A DNA stretch of 64,000 nucleotides from Vulcanimicrobiota bacterium. Its GTDB lineage: Bacteria; Vulcanimicrobiota; Vulcanimicrobiia; Vulcanimicrobiales; Vulcanimicrobiaceae. This document shows positions 47,941-58,681 of this stretch, in pieces; the first letter of the stretch is position 1; each line of letters opens with the position of its first letter. The stretch is taken from assembly GCA_963786105.1 (NCBI GenBank), contig CAWAXX010000023.1, positions 290,228 through 354,227 of the forward strand, given 5' to 3'. Under the pieces are notes generated by a model. It saw only the letters and a list, made by a program, of their open reading frames with translations, ran no database searches and had not been told where the DNA came from. Made by a program: the position numbers and the translations under genes.

Positions 47941-49329
47941 GTGCACGTGCGACGTTTCGGATTTTCCGGCCGCTTATTCTGCCTCGGCACCCTGACGCTC
48001 TTTCTCGCGTCCTGCGGTGGAACAAGCGGCGGCTTGTCATCGTCGGCGGGTCTTCCGGCAGCAATGTCGGCGCAGCGCGCCGCAACGTTCGGAGGCTTCG
48101 GACCGAAGGCCGGCGGCAAGATCAAACACGTCGTCATTATCGTTCAAGAGAATCGCAGCTTCGACAACTTGTTTCAGGGTTTTCCCGGTGCCGACACCAG
48201 GCCGTACGGCTACACGAGCACCGGTCAAAAGGTGAAGCTCGGACCCGTCGGTTTGGAAGCGGACTGGGACGTCGATCACAGCTCCGCGGCGTTCTACGAT
48301 GCCTGCGACGGCCAGGGCAGCATCCCCGGCACGAACTGCAAAATGGACCGGTTCGATCGAGAGTGGGAAGGCTGCACGCAGAGTTGTCCGCGCCATCCGC
48401 AGTACAGCTACGTGCCGCACGCCGAAACGAAGCCGTACTTCGAAATGGGCAACCAGTACGTGGTAGCCGATCGAATGTTCACGTCCAACCTCGACGGCAG
48501 CTTCGTTTCGCATCAATACATCATTGCCGGGCAGGCCGGCTCCACGGTCGACTATCCAAGCGGCTCGTGGGGATGCGACGGCGGACCGAGCGAGAAGATC
48601 CTCACGTTAACGATACAGCCTCCGCGTAACTACGGCCACCGGATTCGCCCCTGCTTCGACTATCCGACGCTCGGCGACGAACTCGATTCGGCCGGGCTTT
48701 CGTGGGGATTTTATACGTCGAGTCTCGATTGGGACGGCAATATCTGGAGCGCGTACCGGGCCGTCAAACACATTTATCGAGGCCCCGACTGGAACGCCGA
48801 CGTCATCACTCCGCAGACGAAGTTCTTAAGCGATGCGAATAGCAATCTCCGGACGGTGAGCTGGATTATGCCGATCTGCGAGAACTCGGATCACGCGGCC
48901 TGCGGTTCGAAGACGGGACCGGCCTGGGTGACGTCGCTGGTCAACGCGGTGGGCAAATCCAAGTACTGGAGTTCCACGGCGATCTTCATCATGTGGGACG
49001 ACTACGGCGGGTGGTACGATCACGTTCCGCCGCCGTACTTGGACTACGACGGTCTCGGCCTGCGCGTGCCCTTGATCGTGATTTCGCCCTATGCCAAGCA
49101 GAGATACGTCTCGCACGTTCAGTACGAGCACGGCAGCATTCTCCGGTTCGTCGAGGATCAGTTCGGGCTGGCGCGTTTGAGCGCGAGCGATTCGCGTGCG
49201 ACCTCGCCCGAAGCGGACTGTTTCAATTTTTCGCAGCCGCCACGGCACTTCAGGCCGATCCAGTCGAGCCTCGACCAACAGTTCTTCTTGCATCAGCCGC
49301 TTGACCGGCGGCCCCCCGACACGCAATAG
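47941..49329 (+). CDS. Lipoprotein phosphoesterase, paralog 12 (close tandem duplicate of paralog 11)
   Basis: AGGAG before GTG; LASC; long stretches nearly identical in DNA to 46524..47930. Confidence 0.9.
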   Translation: MHVRRFGFSGRLFCLGTLTLFLASCGGTSGGLSSSAGLPAAMSAQRAATFGGFGPKAGGKIKHVVIIVQENRSFDNLFQGFPGADTRPYGYTSTGQKVKLGPVGLEADWDVDHSSAAFYDACDGQGSIPGTNCKMDRFDREWEGCTQSCPRHPQYSYVPHAETKPYFEMGNQYVVADRMFTSNLDGSFVSHQYIIAGQAGSTVDYPSGSWGCDGGPSEKILTLTIQPPRNYGHRIRPCFDYPTLGDELDSAGLSWGFYTSSLDWDGNIWSAYRAVKHIYRGPDWNADVITPQTKFLSDANSNLRTVSWIMPICENSDHAACGSKTGPAWVTSLVNAVGKSKYWSSTAIFIMWDDYGGWYDHVPPPYLDYDGLGLRVPLIVISPYAKQRYVSHVQYEHGSILRFVEDQFGLARLSASDSRATSPEADCFNFSQPPRHFRPIQSSLDQQFFLHQPLDRRPPDTQ

Positions 49330-49376
49330 CCCATCTGACGGTAACCCAGCGTCGCCTCCACCGGCGGTCCCGGCGC

Positions 49377-49610
49377 TTAATGCGTCAGCGCGATTCCCGC
49401 CGTCGTATCGCTCGCGACTCTGCCGCCCCACCACGCGGCCTCTTCATCGTACAGCGTCACCGTAAATGGGTCGCCCGTTTCCGCGTCAACGAAAGCGAAG
49501 CTCAGCTCGGTCCGCTTACCCTCGCGGAACGCTCGCGGATTCTTGAAACAAGTCTCGGAGAGGGTAGCCCTGATATTGGTTTTCCCTACGTGCTTTACTA
49601 TTCTAATCAC
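49377..49610 (-). CDS. Small hypothetical protein
   Basis: 77-aa ORF with protein-like composition that fills an otherwise empty gap; no motif recognised. Confidence 0.35.
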   Translation of the reverse strand: MIRIVKHVGKTNIRATLSETCFKNPRAFREGKRTELSFAFVDAETGDPFTVTLYDEEAAWWGGRVASDTTAGIALTH

Positions 49611-49745
49611 GAGGATCTACTTCGGGCCGGCATCCTCGTAAGCCGCTATTTGAATGGATACTCGCGCCGCCGACGCCCAGGCGGCTCGGAGCTGATGAAG
49701 CCATTCGGCGTCGAAAGGGTCGACCATCCGTGAGACTGTCATAAG

Positions 49746-50678
49746 ATGATCTATCTCGACGAGGAACGCGTCCGCTCGCTGTTGCGCTGGGATGCGCTGA
49801 TCGACGCGATGGAGCGCGCGCTCGCGGCATTTTCCAGCGGGCGCGTCGTCCAGCCGGTGCGGACCGTCCTGACGGTAGAAGAGCACCGACGATATTTCGG
49901 AGTGATGCCGGCGGTGTACGACGACGTGATGGGCGCAAAGCTCGTAAGCTTCTATCCAGGCAACGAAGGCACGGAGTTCCCCACCCACGACGGCTCGATT
50001 CTCATCTTCGACACGCGCACGGGCACGCCGCTGGCGGCGATGGACGGACGCCTCATCACGGAGATGCGTACGGCCGCCGTTTCCGCGGCCGCGACAAAAT
50101 ATCTGATGCCCGAGGGCAGCCGCGTGCTCGCGGTCCTCGGCAGCGGCGTGCAGGCGCACGCGCACGTCGATGCGCTCGCGCACGTTGCCGACTTTAGCGA
50201 AATACGCGTTTGGAGTCGCACGCCCGAACACGCGCGGCGCTTTGCGCGCCAACGGGGCGCGACGGCGATGGACGCAGAAGGCGCCGTGCGTGGCGCCGAC
50301 GTGGTCGTCGTTGCAACCAGCGCGCGCGAGCCGGTGCTGTGCGGAGCGTGGCTCAAGGCCGGCGCACACGTCAACGCCGTGGGCGCCAATCGCCCGGATT
50401 GGCGCGAACTCGACGACGCGGCGATGTCCGCGACCGTTCTCGTGGATTCACGCGCGGCGGCCGCGCAGGAATCGGGTGACGTCGTTGGCTCGAAAGCGGC
50501 GATCTACGCCGAAATCGGGGAACTCTTTGGAAACGCCGTGCCGCCGCCGGCGCGATCCGCCACGACCATTTTTAAATCGCTCGGCCTCGCCGTCGAGGAT
50601 TTGGCCGCCGCAAAGCTCGTTTTGGACGCCCTCGAAGCTACATCGGCGGACCGATCAAGATCCACGTTTTCCCCTTAA
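49746..50678 (+). CDS. Ornithine cyclodeaminase/mu-crystallin family protein
   Basis: GAKLVS, ITEMRTAAVS, LGSGVQA, HVNAVGA, FKSLGLAVED. Confidence 0.92.
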   Translation: MIYLDEERVRSLLRWDALIDAMERALAAFSSGRVVQPVRTVLTVEEHRRYFGVMPAVYDDVMGAKLVSFYPGNEGTEFPTHDGSILIFDTRTGTPLAAMDGRLITEMRTAAVSAAATKYLMPEGSRVLAVLGSGVQAHAHVDALAHVADFSEIRVWSRTPEHARRFARQRGATAMDAEGAVRGADVVVVATSAREPVLCGAWLKAGAHVNAVGANRPDWRELDDAAMSATVLVDSRAAAAQESGDVVGSKAAIYAEIGELFGNAVPPPARSATTIFKSLGLAVEDLAAAKLVLDALEATSADRSRSTFSP

Positions 50679-51126
50679 AACTCTGGATCATGACGACCAT
50701 TCCGCTCGCGCCTTTTCCGACGAGGAACGCATCCTCCGTCTTTTCCATACCGGGTTGCGCCATTTCCGACGAACCTTTAAGGTGCGCTTGATACCACGCT
50801 TTTACGGTTGCGAAATCGTCGGAAGTGGAGTAGGCCTTGACCTGCGGGGGAGGCGCTTTCATGCCGACGCCTTCCGGGCGAACGCCGGGCGTCGCGCCCG
50901 GATAAACCGGTGGAGTCCCGGATGACCCCGTTGCACCCTCAGGCTCAGACACCGCGGTGTCATCGCTCGAGGTGGGGCTCATGGTCGAGGTGTTGTCGGA
51001 CGGGGCAGTAGTCGAGGCTGCCGTTTGATCGGTGGTACTGGACGTCGAACTCGAGGATTTCGCGCACGCCGAGATACTTACCGCGGCGAGAAGCGCGAGC
51101 AACAGCATGGTGAGAGTCGCGCGCAT
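50638..51126 (-). CDS. Hypothetical lipoprotein with Ser/Thr-rich linker
   Basis: GGAGG RBS; ISAC lipobox; PVYPGAT...YSTSDDFATVKAWY. Confidence 0.7.
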   Translation of the reverse strand: MRATLTMLLLALLAAVSISACAKSSSSTSSTTDQTAASTTAPSDNTSTMSPTSSDDTAVSEPEGATGSSGTPPVYPGATPGVRPEGVGMKAPPPQVKAYSTSDDFATVKAWYQAHLKGSSEMAQPGMEKTEDAFLVGKGASGMVVMIQSFKGKTWILIGPPM

Positions 51127-51324
51127 GATGCCCTCCTTTTTTTGAACGGCCGGACTCCTCAAAAGCCACGGAGCGAGCGACCAGGCAATCGGTGCGCCAA
51201 TTCGCACCTACAAAAGTGATGACCTGCCGCAAGCCGGGGCACCCGCGAAGGACGCTCTCTGGACCGTCGCCGAAATACGCCTGTGGTATGATGCGTCTAT
51301 TGATTTGTCGTAAAAGGGTGCCGA

Positions 51325-51753
51325 ATGAAAACGCTTCTTTTTCTCGCGGCGATGTGCGTCGTTGCGTCCGCTCGTGCGCTTGCGCAAACTTCAGAGTATT
51401 CGAAAGGTGACTGCGATCGCGCCTGGCTCGGGTCGGATTGGCCCGAAGTCGTTCTCGCCTGTTCGTCCAAAGCCGAAGATTTTGAGAGTTACGGCGATTG
51501 GACGGCGAAATTCGTTGCAGCGGAGTACCGCGCCAGGAGTTCGTTGGCGTATGCGAAGCTGAGTCGCAATGCGCTCTCTACGTCGGAGCGCGGAAAAGCA
51601 GAGGCCGATTTGCGTCCGGCGTTGGCGGCAAGTGCTACCGACGCTACCTCTACCCAGACGATCAAGAAGGCGAAGGCGCTCAACACGTTTCTTCGTTCGC
51701 CGACGTTCGTGCACGAGGCGGCGAATTCCGACCTGTTGGCGAATATCCAGTAA
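51325..51753 (+). CDS. Secreted hypothetical protein
   Basis: Signal peptide MKTLLFLAAMCVVASARALA. Confidence 0.55.
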   Translation: MKTLLFLAAMCVVASARALAQTSEYSKGDCDRAWLGSDWPEVVLACSSKAEDFESYGDWTAKFVAAEYRARSSLAYAKLSRNALSTSERGKAEADLRPALAASATDATSTQTIKKAKALNTFLRSPTFVHEAANSDLLANIQ

Positions 51754-51905
51754 TTATAAAAAATTGTCGGACCGGCTTTGCGCCGCCAATCGGCGATTTT
51801 GGGCGTAAAGACCTATATGCGGGAGTGAACCGGAGCGGTATGATGTCAAAGGGAGGACCGTGGACTGGCGGCCCTCCTCTTGTTTATCGGGTCGCAGCCG
51901 AGGCG

Positions 51906-52703
51906 TTATCGATTGGATTGCAGCGAGTTGGCTTCCATAAGGTGCTGCACGGTTAGCAATGGCGTCAGATTGACGCGGATGAGACCGCGCTGAGGCCGGT
52001 CTAGATCGAGAACGAGACCGAGTGCTAGGGCGAGCACCAGTGCAAAGAGTGCCTTGAAGACGATTGCACGCTGTCCCTGCCGGCCAAATCCGTAGCCCAT
52101 CATCGCCGAAGCGATGAAGGCGATTAACAGGATTCCGACGATGACGATATCGGGAATTTGCGATCCGAGCACGGCGGCTTCTTCCGTGCTGAGATTGATC
52201 GTGTCGTTGAGCGACGCGACGAAGAGCGGCAGAGTTGTGGAGCGCGCGTCGCGGCGCGCAACCTGCGTGGCGAGCCTCCAAAGATCGCGCTGGATTTCGG
52301 TCGATTTCTCTTGGGCAACGGCCCGCTGCTGCGGTTTGGCGTCGGCCCGAGCGAACTCAACCCTCTCCGCAACGTAAAGGCGTAGCTCCCCGCGTACTGC
52401 CGCTTCGGTTTTCACGTCGAGCAGCGTCGCTCGAAGGTACGTCGTGCCGATCGCGATGGCTTCACGGACCAATGCCGCGCGCCGCGCGTCGTAGCGGCCC
52501 AGCGCGAGTGAGAACGAGAATCCCAAGAGCAGCGCAAGGATCGTAAAGGCCGCACCTTGCACGACGGTAGACGGATCCTGGCTGGCCAGACCCGGCCCTT
52601 TGCCGCGGCCGAGCCGAAATCCGACCTCGTTCATTGCGAAGATCAAGAGCGCCGAGCCGAGCATGATGACCCAGGTCGGAATGGGATTCAGGAAATTAAC
52701 CAT
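51906..52703 (-). CDS. Membrane protein, DUF4239/bestrophin-like
   Basis: LALLLGFSFS...RYDARR....EAIAIGT, LVLDLDRPQRG; four hydrophobic segments. Confidence 0.7.
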   Translation of the reverse strand: MVNFLNPIPTWVIMLGSALLIFAMNEVGFRLGRGKGPGLASQDPSTVVQGAAFTILALLLGFSFSLALGRYDARRAALVREAIAIGTTYLRATLLDVKTEAAVRGELRLYVAERVEFARADAKPQQRAVAQEKSTEIQRDLWRLATQVARRDARSTTLPLFVASLNDTINLSTEEAAVLGSQIPDIVIVGILLIAFIASAMMGYGFGRQGQRAIVFKALFALVLALALGLVLDLDRPQRGLIRVNLTPLLTVQHLMEANSLQSNR

Positions 52704-52765
52704 GACGTTGGGTTCGGCGGGACCGAGTCAGCCTCCGAGCGAGCGCTGACCGACGACGCGGGCGC

Positions 52766-55516
52766 CTAATGGTGGGACTTACGACGGTCGAGCTTCGCCA
52801 ACGCGGCGGGGCTAATGAGCTTCAACCCCTGCGCCGCATTGTAGCCGTGAATCTCCTTCACGTCCAACTTGCGCATGAATTCGATCGTGTCGGCCGTGAT
52901 GACTTGGCCTGGTACCATGATCGGGAATCCGGGCGGATACGGGATGACGAAATTCGCCGATACAAGCGGCGGCCCGTCCTTCAAGCGGCGATCGATCTCC
53001 TTGTCGTGCAGCGGAATGTGGTCGCATCCTTCCGCATCGTAGGCGGCGTAAAATCCGCTTCGGATGTCGCCTTCGTTGGTGCCGGTTCCCGCATCGTGTC
53101 GAAAGGCTTCGTGAAAATAGCTGAAATTCGGCAGGTCGGGAACGTCCGTCATCAGGCTCTTCACGCGGGCCGCAAACTCTCTACGTTCGCCCTCGCCGCC
53201 GGACGCGAGCCGTTCTTCGATCTCCCGGGAGATCTCGACGAGGACGCGGATCAGGTGCGCCACGTCGCTGCGCGTGTTGTTGATGTTCGACTGCAGCAAG
53301 ACGCTGTTGCGTGACGTCTTGTTGAGCTGGATGTTGTAGCGGTTCGCCAGCAGATTCTTAAATTGGGTTCCGTCGTAGCCGGCCGTCCCGCAAACGAGCG
53401 TCATCCGCGTGGGATCGAGGCAGAATTCGTCGTCCCGGAAGCTCTTGAGCGCTGTCGCCCAGTCCGCATCCGGCGCGAGGAAGTCGGTGAAGCCGCTTGG
53501 GCGGTACTCCGCAGGGACCATCCCGTCTGCTCCGACGACACGAAAATACTTGGAGATCAGCGGATGCCGATTCACCTCCCGACGAATCGTCAGCGCCACC
53601 TCGATTGCGTTGCCCACGAGGCCGAAGCCTTCGAGCTCCATCTGGCGCCGCGCGACGTCGAGGCTGGCGATTAGCTGCTGGTTGGGACTGGTGGAAGCGT
53701 GCGTGAACACCGCTTCCTTGAACTGTTGCTCGACGGTGTGATACTCCACGTCCTTCACCAGGATCATCGATCCTTGCCGCAACGCCGACATCGACTTGTG
53801 CGTGGAGTTGGTCTGGTAGATGCGAAGCCGCACTTTGCGAGGATCCGGCAGCAGCCGCGTATCGAGCAGCTTTTCCTCCGACGGATCCTTCCCCAACTCG
53901 GCGCGCTGCCGCTCGTAGGCGGCGACGCTCGCCGGGTCGCGCAGCCACTCTTCGATGTCGGCCGCGGCGCCCATCGCCGTGCGAGGGCGCAAGAACGGCG
54001 ACCATCGCGCGAACGCGAACCAAGCCTCGTCCCAGAGAAAGATCAGGTCCGGTTTGATCGCCAGGCATTCTTCCATGACTCGGCGCGTGTTGTAGATATG
54101 CCCGTCAAACGTGCAGTTGGTCAGATCGAGCATCTTGACGCGGTCGAGTTGCCCCTCTCTTTTTGCTGTGAGGAGCGCTTGTTTAATCGTGCGCAGCGGC
54201 ACGGCGCCGTACATCGAGTATTCCGTCAGAGGGAAGGCCTCGACGTAGAGCGGCTGCGCGCCGGCCAGCACCATCCCGTAGTGATGGGACTTGTGGCAGT
54301 TACGGTCCACGATCGCGATGTCGCCGGGCGCAAGCAACGCCTCAACGACCATCTTGTTGCTCGTCGACGTCCCGTTGGTTACGAAAAATACGCGATCGGC
54401 GCCGAACGCGCGAGCTGCCATGTCTTGAGCGCGCTTGATGGTGCCGGTCGGCTCGAGCATGCTGTCGAGACCGCCCGTTGTCGCGCTGCTCTCGGCCAGG
54501 AAAAGGGTCGGGCCGTAAAACTCGCCCATGTCCCGGATCCAGTCAGACTTGAAAATCGACGCGCCGCGGGCGATCGGGAGAGCGTGAAACGTCGTGATCG
54601 GGCGTTCCGCATATCTCTTCAAATTATCGAAGAACGGCGTTTCATAGCGCGCCGCAACGCCTTCGAGTATCGCCAGGTGCAGCTCGAGCAGCTCCTCGAC
54701 GGCGTAGAAGATCCGCCGGACGATGTCGGCAGCCGGATCGCCGGCAATCTCCTCGACGCGTCGTTCCGAAAGCAGGTAGAGGTCGAGCTCGGGGCGCGCC
54801 TGGTGAATGATCCGCGCCAAGCGCAGTGGGGACCCGTCCGAGAGCTCTTCCTTCGCAACGGGATCGACGATGCTGCGCAAGACCGGGGCGTCGTGTCGCG
54901 AGCGATATCCAAAACCCTCGTGGACCACCACGGCCGCGAGGTCCGCGTTCAACATTGTTGCGCAGACTGCATCCTCGGCGGTGCCGACGACGACCGGCTC
55001 ATAGACGAACTCGTCTTGAGGACGGCGCAGCCGGCGCCACTCCGCCGCGATCGACGCCCAACGTTCGATCGGCGCTCCCGTGACGATGAGGACCTCGAAA
55101 TACGGAGGCGCGGCCGCGGGCCGCCCCAGCGTCGGCGGCAATACGTCGGGGACAGTGCTCGAGATATCAGAATGCGGATCCCAATCCGACGCATGCTGCC
55201 TAAACGAGCGCGTGAGCAATGCCGAGGCGATCCGCCATGCGAGCGCGGAAGCCCCAGCGGCATCATCGCTCTCGGCACGATCGCGTAGCGCCGCCATCAG
55301 GCTCGACCCAGGATAGCCGTGAAACTCTTCGATCACGGCTGCCTCGCTCAGTGCCGACTCGAACTCCGCGCGGCTGCCGGTCCCTGCAGCCCACTTCTTG
55401 GCGGCATCGACGAGATCGCGCCAACGATCTTCGCGGGCTCCCGGGGTTGCGAAGAAGACGTCTATCCGTTGGCTTTTTTTGTTTTTTTCCAGATTACTCA
55501 TGTTGCGCGCGCTCAT
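52766..55516 (-). CDS. Large PLP-dependent Orn/Lys/Arg-type decarboxylase
   Basis: [31 protein letters not shown] (PLP Lys), TSPN, PYPPGFP. ATG 55516 overlaps the aspT stop. Confidence 0.9.
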   Translation of the reverse strand: MSARNMSNLEKNKKSQRIDVFFATPGAREDRWRDLVDAAKKWAAGTGSRAEFESALSEAAVIEEFHGYPGSSLMAALRDRAESDDAAGASALAWRIASALLTRSFRQHASDWDPHSDISSTVPDVLPPTLGRPAAAPPYFEVLIVTGAPIERWASIAAEWRRLRRPQDEFVYEPVVVGTAEDAVCATMLNADLAAVVVHEGFGYRSRHDAPVLRSIVDPVAKEELSDGSPLRLARIIHQARPELDLYLLSERRVEEIAGDPAADIVRRIFYAVEELLELHLAILEGVAARYETPFFDNLKRYAERPITTFHALPIARGASIFKSDWIRDMGEFYGPTLFLAESSATTGGLDSMLEPTGTIKRAQDMAARAFGADRVFFVTNGTSTSNKMVVEALLAPGDIAIVDRNCHKSHHYGMVLAGAQPLYVEAFPLTEYSMYGAVPLRTIKQALLTAKREGQLDRVKMLDLTNCTFDGHIYNTRRVMEECLAIKPDLIFLWDEAWFAFARWSPFLRPRTAMGAAADIEEWLRDPASVAAYERQRAELGKDPSEEKLLDTRLLPDPRKVRLRIYQTNSTHKSMSALRQGSMILVKDVEYHTVEQQFKEAVFTHASTSPNQQLIASLDVARRQMELEGFGLVGNAIEVALTIRREVNRHPLISKYFRVVGADGMVPAEYRPSGFTDFLAPDADWATALKSFRDDEFCLDPTRMTLVCGTAGYDGTQFKNLLANRYNIQLNKTSRNSVLLQSNINNTRSDVAHLIRVLVEISREIEERLASGGEGERREFAARVKSLMTDVPDLPNFSYFHEAFRHDAGTGTNEGDIRSGFYAAYDAEGCDHIPLHDKEIDRRLKDGPPLVSANFVIPYPPGFPIMVPGQVITADTIEFMRKLDVKEIHGYNAAQGLKLISPAALAKLDRRKSHH

Positions 55517-57219
55517 TTGACCAGCATGACCATGAACATGCCCCAAATCGTCAGTAGCGTGTTTCCGACGGCATAGGTGACCGTGTAGCCGAGTCCGGGA
55601 ACCTGGCTTTGGGCGGCGTCGCAGACCATGCCGAGCGACGCCGTCGTCGTTCTCGCTCCGGAAATCGCGCCCAGCGTGATGGCGTCATGGAATCGGAAGA
55701 CGTACTTTGCGAGATACATTCCCAGGATCAGCGGCACGGTCGTGGCGACGACTCCCCATAAGAATAGGCCGAAACCCAGCTGCTGCAGCCCGGCAATGAA
55801 CTTCGGACCAGCGGTGAGGCCGATGACGGCGATGAACATGTTGAGGCCGACGGAGTTCATGAACCATAGTGTCGGCGTCGGAATGCGGCCGAAGGTCGGA
55901 CGAACCGCCCGGTACCATCCCGCAACGATTCCTAAGATCAGTGCGCCGCCGGCCGTCGAGAGCGTAATCGGAACCCCACCGATCTTCAGGACGACCGCGC
56001 CGATCAGCGCGCCGATCGTGATCGCGATGCCGATGAACGCCACGTCGGTGACGTCGGTGGCGCGATCGACGACGCCCAACGCCGCAGCGGCGGCGCCCGT
56101 ATCCTGGGTTCGCCCGACCAACGTAACGACGTCGCCCCGATACAGCTTGGTATCGCCGAGCACCGGAATCGGCGTCTCGGTAAATCCGCGTTTGATGCGG
56201 CGAACGTAGACGCCGCGCGCGCCCGGAAGGCTTCCCAGCTCTGCCAGTGTCTTTCCGTCGGCCTCCTTGCTGGTGACGTAGACGTCGACGCCCTCGATCG
56301 GCGCGGAAAGCAGTTCGGGATCGTCGACCTCTTTGCTCGCACGGCCCAGTAGCGCGATCACCTGATCGCGCTCTCCGACCACCGATGCGGTGTCTCCGGC
56401 GCGCAAAACGAGATCGCTCGTCGCTTCGGAAATCTTTCCGTCATGACGCACGGCTAAAACGTACATCTGGTTCCCCAGTGCCTTCGTAGCCTCCGTGAGC
56501 ATCGCTTCGGTGTCGCGCACCGTCTTGCCGACGACTTGCGCGTCCGGCGCGATCAGGAAGGCGCGCACGTCGTACGCCTGCCACGCGTCGCCGAGGCCGC
56601 CGAACTCGCGCTTGCCGCCATGCGCCTCTTCATACTCCTTGCACGCCTTCTTCAAATTGATGCGCAACAGCATCGGTCCGAAGATCGCAATGACGATCGC
56701 CGATCCGACCGTGCCGAAGATGTAGGTTACGGCGTAGGCCGTCGGCATGATGTCGAGCAGCGCCTTCGTCTTATCCGGGTCTAACGCCAGCCGGTTGATG
56801 GCGTCGGTTGCGAGCCCCATCGACGCCGAAATCGTTTGAGATCCGGCAAAAAGCCCCGCGGCTGCCCCGGCGTCGTAGCCTGCCGCTTTCGCAACGATGA
56901 CGGTGGCGCCAAGGCAAAAGATGCAGACGATCGCAGCATAGATCGCCTGCGGGACGCCGTCCTTGGTGATTCCTCGAATGAACTGCGGCCCGACGCCGTA
57001 GCCGATCGCAAACAGGAAGATCAGAAAGAAGGTTGATTTGACGTCGCCGGAGATTTTGATGCCGAGCTGCCCGAGCGCGATCGCGGCAAGCAGCGTGGCG
57101 GTGACGGCGCCGAGGCTAAATCCCTTGAAGCTCTTGCCGCCGACCCAATACCCGATCCCAAGCGATAAGAAGAGCGCGATCTCCGGGTATTGCCTGAGAG
57201 TTGCTACGAACCAGTCCAT
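55513..57219 (-). CDS. aspT: Aspartate:alanine antiporter (AAE family)
   Basis: [32 protein letters not shown], two TrkA-C-like domains, [17 protein letters not shown]. Confidence 0.85.
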   Translation of the reverse strand: MDWFVATLRQYPEIALFLSLGIGYWVGGKSFKGFSLGAVTATLLAAIALGQLGIKISGDVKSTFFLIFLFAIGYGVGPQFIRGITKDGVPQAIYAAIVCIFCLGATVIVAKAAGYDAGAAAGLFAGSQTISASMGLATDAINRLALDPDKTKALLDIMPTAYAVTYIFGTVGSAIVIAIFGPMLLRINLKKACKEYEEAHGGKREFGGLGDAWQAYDVRAFLIAPDAQVVGKTVRDTEAMLTEATKALGNQMYVLAVRHDGKISEATSDLVLRAGDTASVVGERDQVIALLGRASKEVDDPELLSAPIEGVDVYVTSKEADGKTLAELGSLPGARGVYVRRIKRGFTETPIPVLGDTKLYRGDVVTLVGRTQDTGAAAAALGVVDRATDVTDVAFIGIAITIGALIGAVVLKIGGVPITLSTAGGALILGIVAGWYRAVRPTFGRIPTPTLWFMNSVGLNMFIAVIGLTAGPKFIAGLQQLGFGLFLWGVVATTVPLILGMYLAKYVFRFHDAITLGAISGARTTTASLGMVCDAAQSQVPGLGYTVTYAVGNTLLTIWGMFMVMLVK

Positions 57220-57247
57220 GTGCACCTCTGTCGTTGCGTGAGTTGTA

Positions 57248-58681
57248 TCATTGCGTTTGCCAGCCGCCCCCGAGGGCGAGATAGAGTTGTACCAGTGCCA
57301 GACGTTCGTTTAGATGCCCTGCGGCGACGTCGGTTTGGGCCTGATAGGCGCGCGTTTGCGCATCGAGCACCTCGAGGTACGAGGTGTAGCCGTTCTCGTA
57401 GCGCTCGTTCGCCAGCCGCACGGAGTCGAGGGAGGCACCCTCGTAAAGCTGGAGCTGGCCGGTCCGCAAGCGCGACTCGTTATAGGCGACGACGTCGTCC
57501 GAGACTTCTGCGAAGGCGCGATGGACCGTTTGCAGATACGAGATGACGATGTGCTGCTGCTGTGCTTGAGCGAGGTGGATTTGCGACTTGATCTGGCCGC
57601 CGTTGAAGATCGGCGCAAGCAGCTGCGCGACGATCGAGAACAGGCCGAACGGCCCATAGAAGACGCCGTTAACGGTCGACAGGGCCGCCGGCGCCGACTC
57701 ATTGGCATACTGGCCGTTGACGACGCTCCCCGCCACCGCGGCGGAGGCGCCGAGCGTCAGCGATGGATAGAGCAGCTTGCGCGCGACGTCGACGTCGCCG
57801 GCCGCCGCAGCGATCGCATATTCGGCCTGAACGATATCTGGACGGCGCTGAAGTAGTTGGCTGGCCACGCCGGTTGGCGGTACCGCGGGCATCGTTACTT
57901 GCTTCTCGAGCGGTAGGCCCCGCTGGATATCGTGCGGATAATCGCCGGTCAACACCGCGAGCGCATTTTCGGTTTTGGCGATCTCTTGGCGGATCGCGGG
58001 TTCGTTCTGCGTGACTTCGTAAAGCGATTGCTCCGCTTGCCGCAGGTCCTGGGCCGAGGATTCACCGCCTTCAACGCGCAGCTTCATGAGGCGAACGTCC
58101 TCCTGGCGGACGGCCACCGCTTGATGCGTGAACTTCAGGACGCTGTCGAGCTCGAGCAGCTGAAAATAGGCGCTCGCGACCTGCGCGACCACCGTGGCCA
58201 GCACGGTATTCTTGGCCGCGTCGGTAGCGAGAAGCCGGTTGCGCGCGGCGCCCGTCGCCGATGCGAGTTTACCGAAAAGGTCGACCTGATAGCTCGCCCC
58301 GATTCCGGCTTGCGGATAGAAGGCGGAGTTGGGCGCGTAGGGCGGCCTGCCGCCGGTTGCCGCTTGATAGGGCGCTTGGACGATCCCGTTGACGAAGACG
58401 GACTGATTCGCGCCCGTGATTCCGAGATTTGCCTCGGCTTCGAGGATCGCCGCGTACGCGATCTCCACGTCGAAGTTGTGCACCAGGGCCTTCTCGATAA
58501 ACCCTTGTAGCACCGGGTCTTCGTACAACTTGCGCCAGGGCAGGTCGCTTAGCGACGAAGCCGTGAGCGCGGCGCCCCGGTAGACCGTCGGAAGCCCTGC
58601 GTCAGGCGGAGTCGACGGCGTCGGCGGAACGCACGATGCGATGAGTTGAACGAGCGCGATCAGCGCAACGACGAGTTTCAT
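57248..58681 (-). CDS. Outer-membrane efflux lipoprotein (NodT/OprM/TolC family)
   Basis: IASC lipobox; [33 protein letters not shown]. Confidence 0.92.
   Translation of the reverse strand: MKLVVALIALVQLIASCVPPTPSTPPDAGLPTVYRGAALTASSLSDLPWRKLYEDPVLQGFIEKALVHNFDVEIAYAAILEAEANLGITGANQSVFVNGIVQAPYQAATGGRPPYAPNSAFYPQAGIGASYQVDLFGKLASATGAARNRLLATDAAKNTVLATVVAQVASAYFQLLELDSVLKFTHQAVAVRQEDVRLMKLRVEGGESSAQDLRQAEQSLYEVTQNEPAIRQEIAKTENALAVLTGDYPHDIQRGLPLEKQVTMPAVPPTGVASQLLQRRPDIVQAEYAIAAAAGDVDVARKLLYPSLTLGASAAVAGSVVNGQYANESAPAALSTVNGVFYGPFGLFSIVAQLLAPIFNGGQIKSQIHLAQAQQQHIVISYLQTVHRAFAEVSDDVVAYNESRLRTGQLQLYEGASLDSVRLANERYENGYTSYLEVLDAQTRAYQAQTDVAAGHLNERLALVQLYLALGGGWQTQ

Noticed and set aside
50638..50678. 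41-nt convergent overlap of the cyclodeaminase and lipoprotein genes as antisense regulation
   Set aside because: Short 3' overlaps are common in compact GC-rich genomes, and there is no other support.
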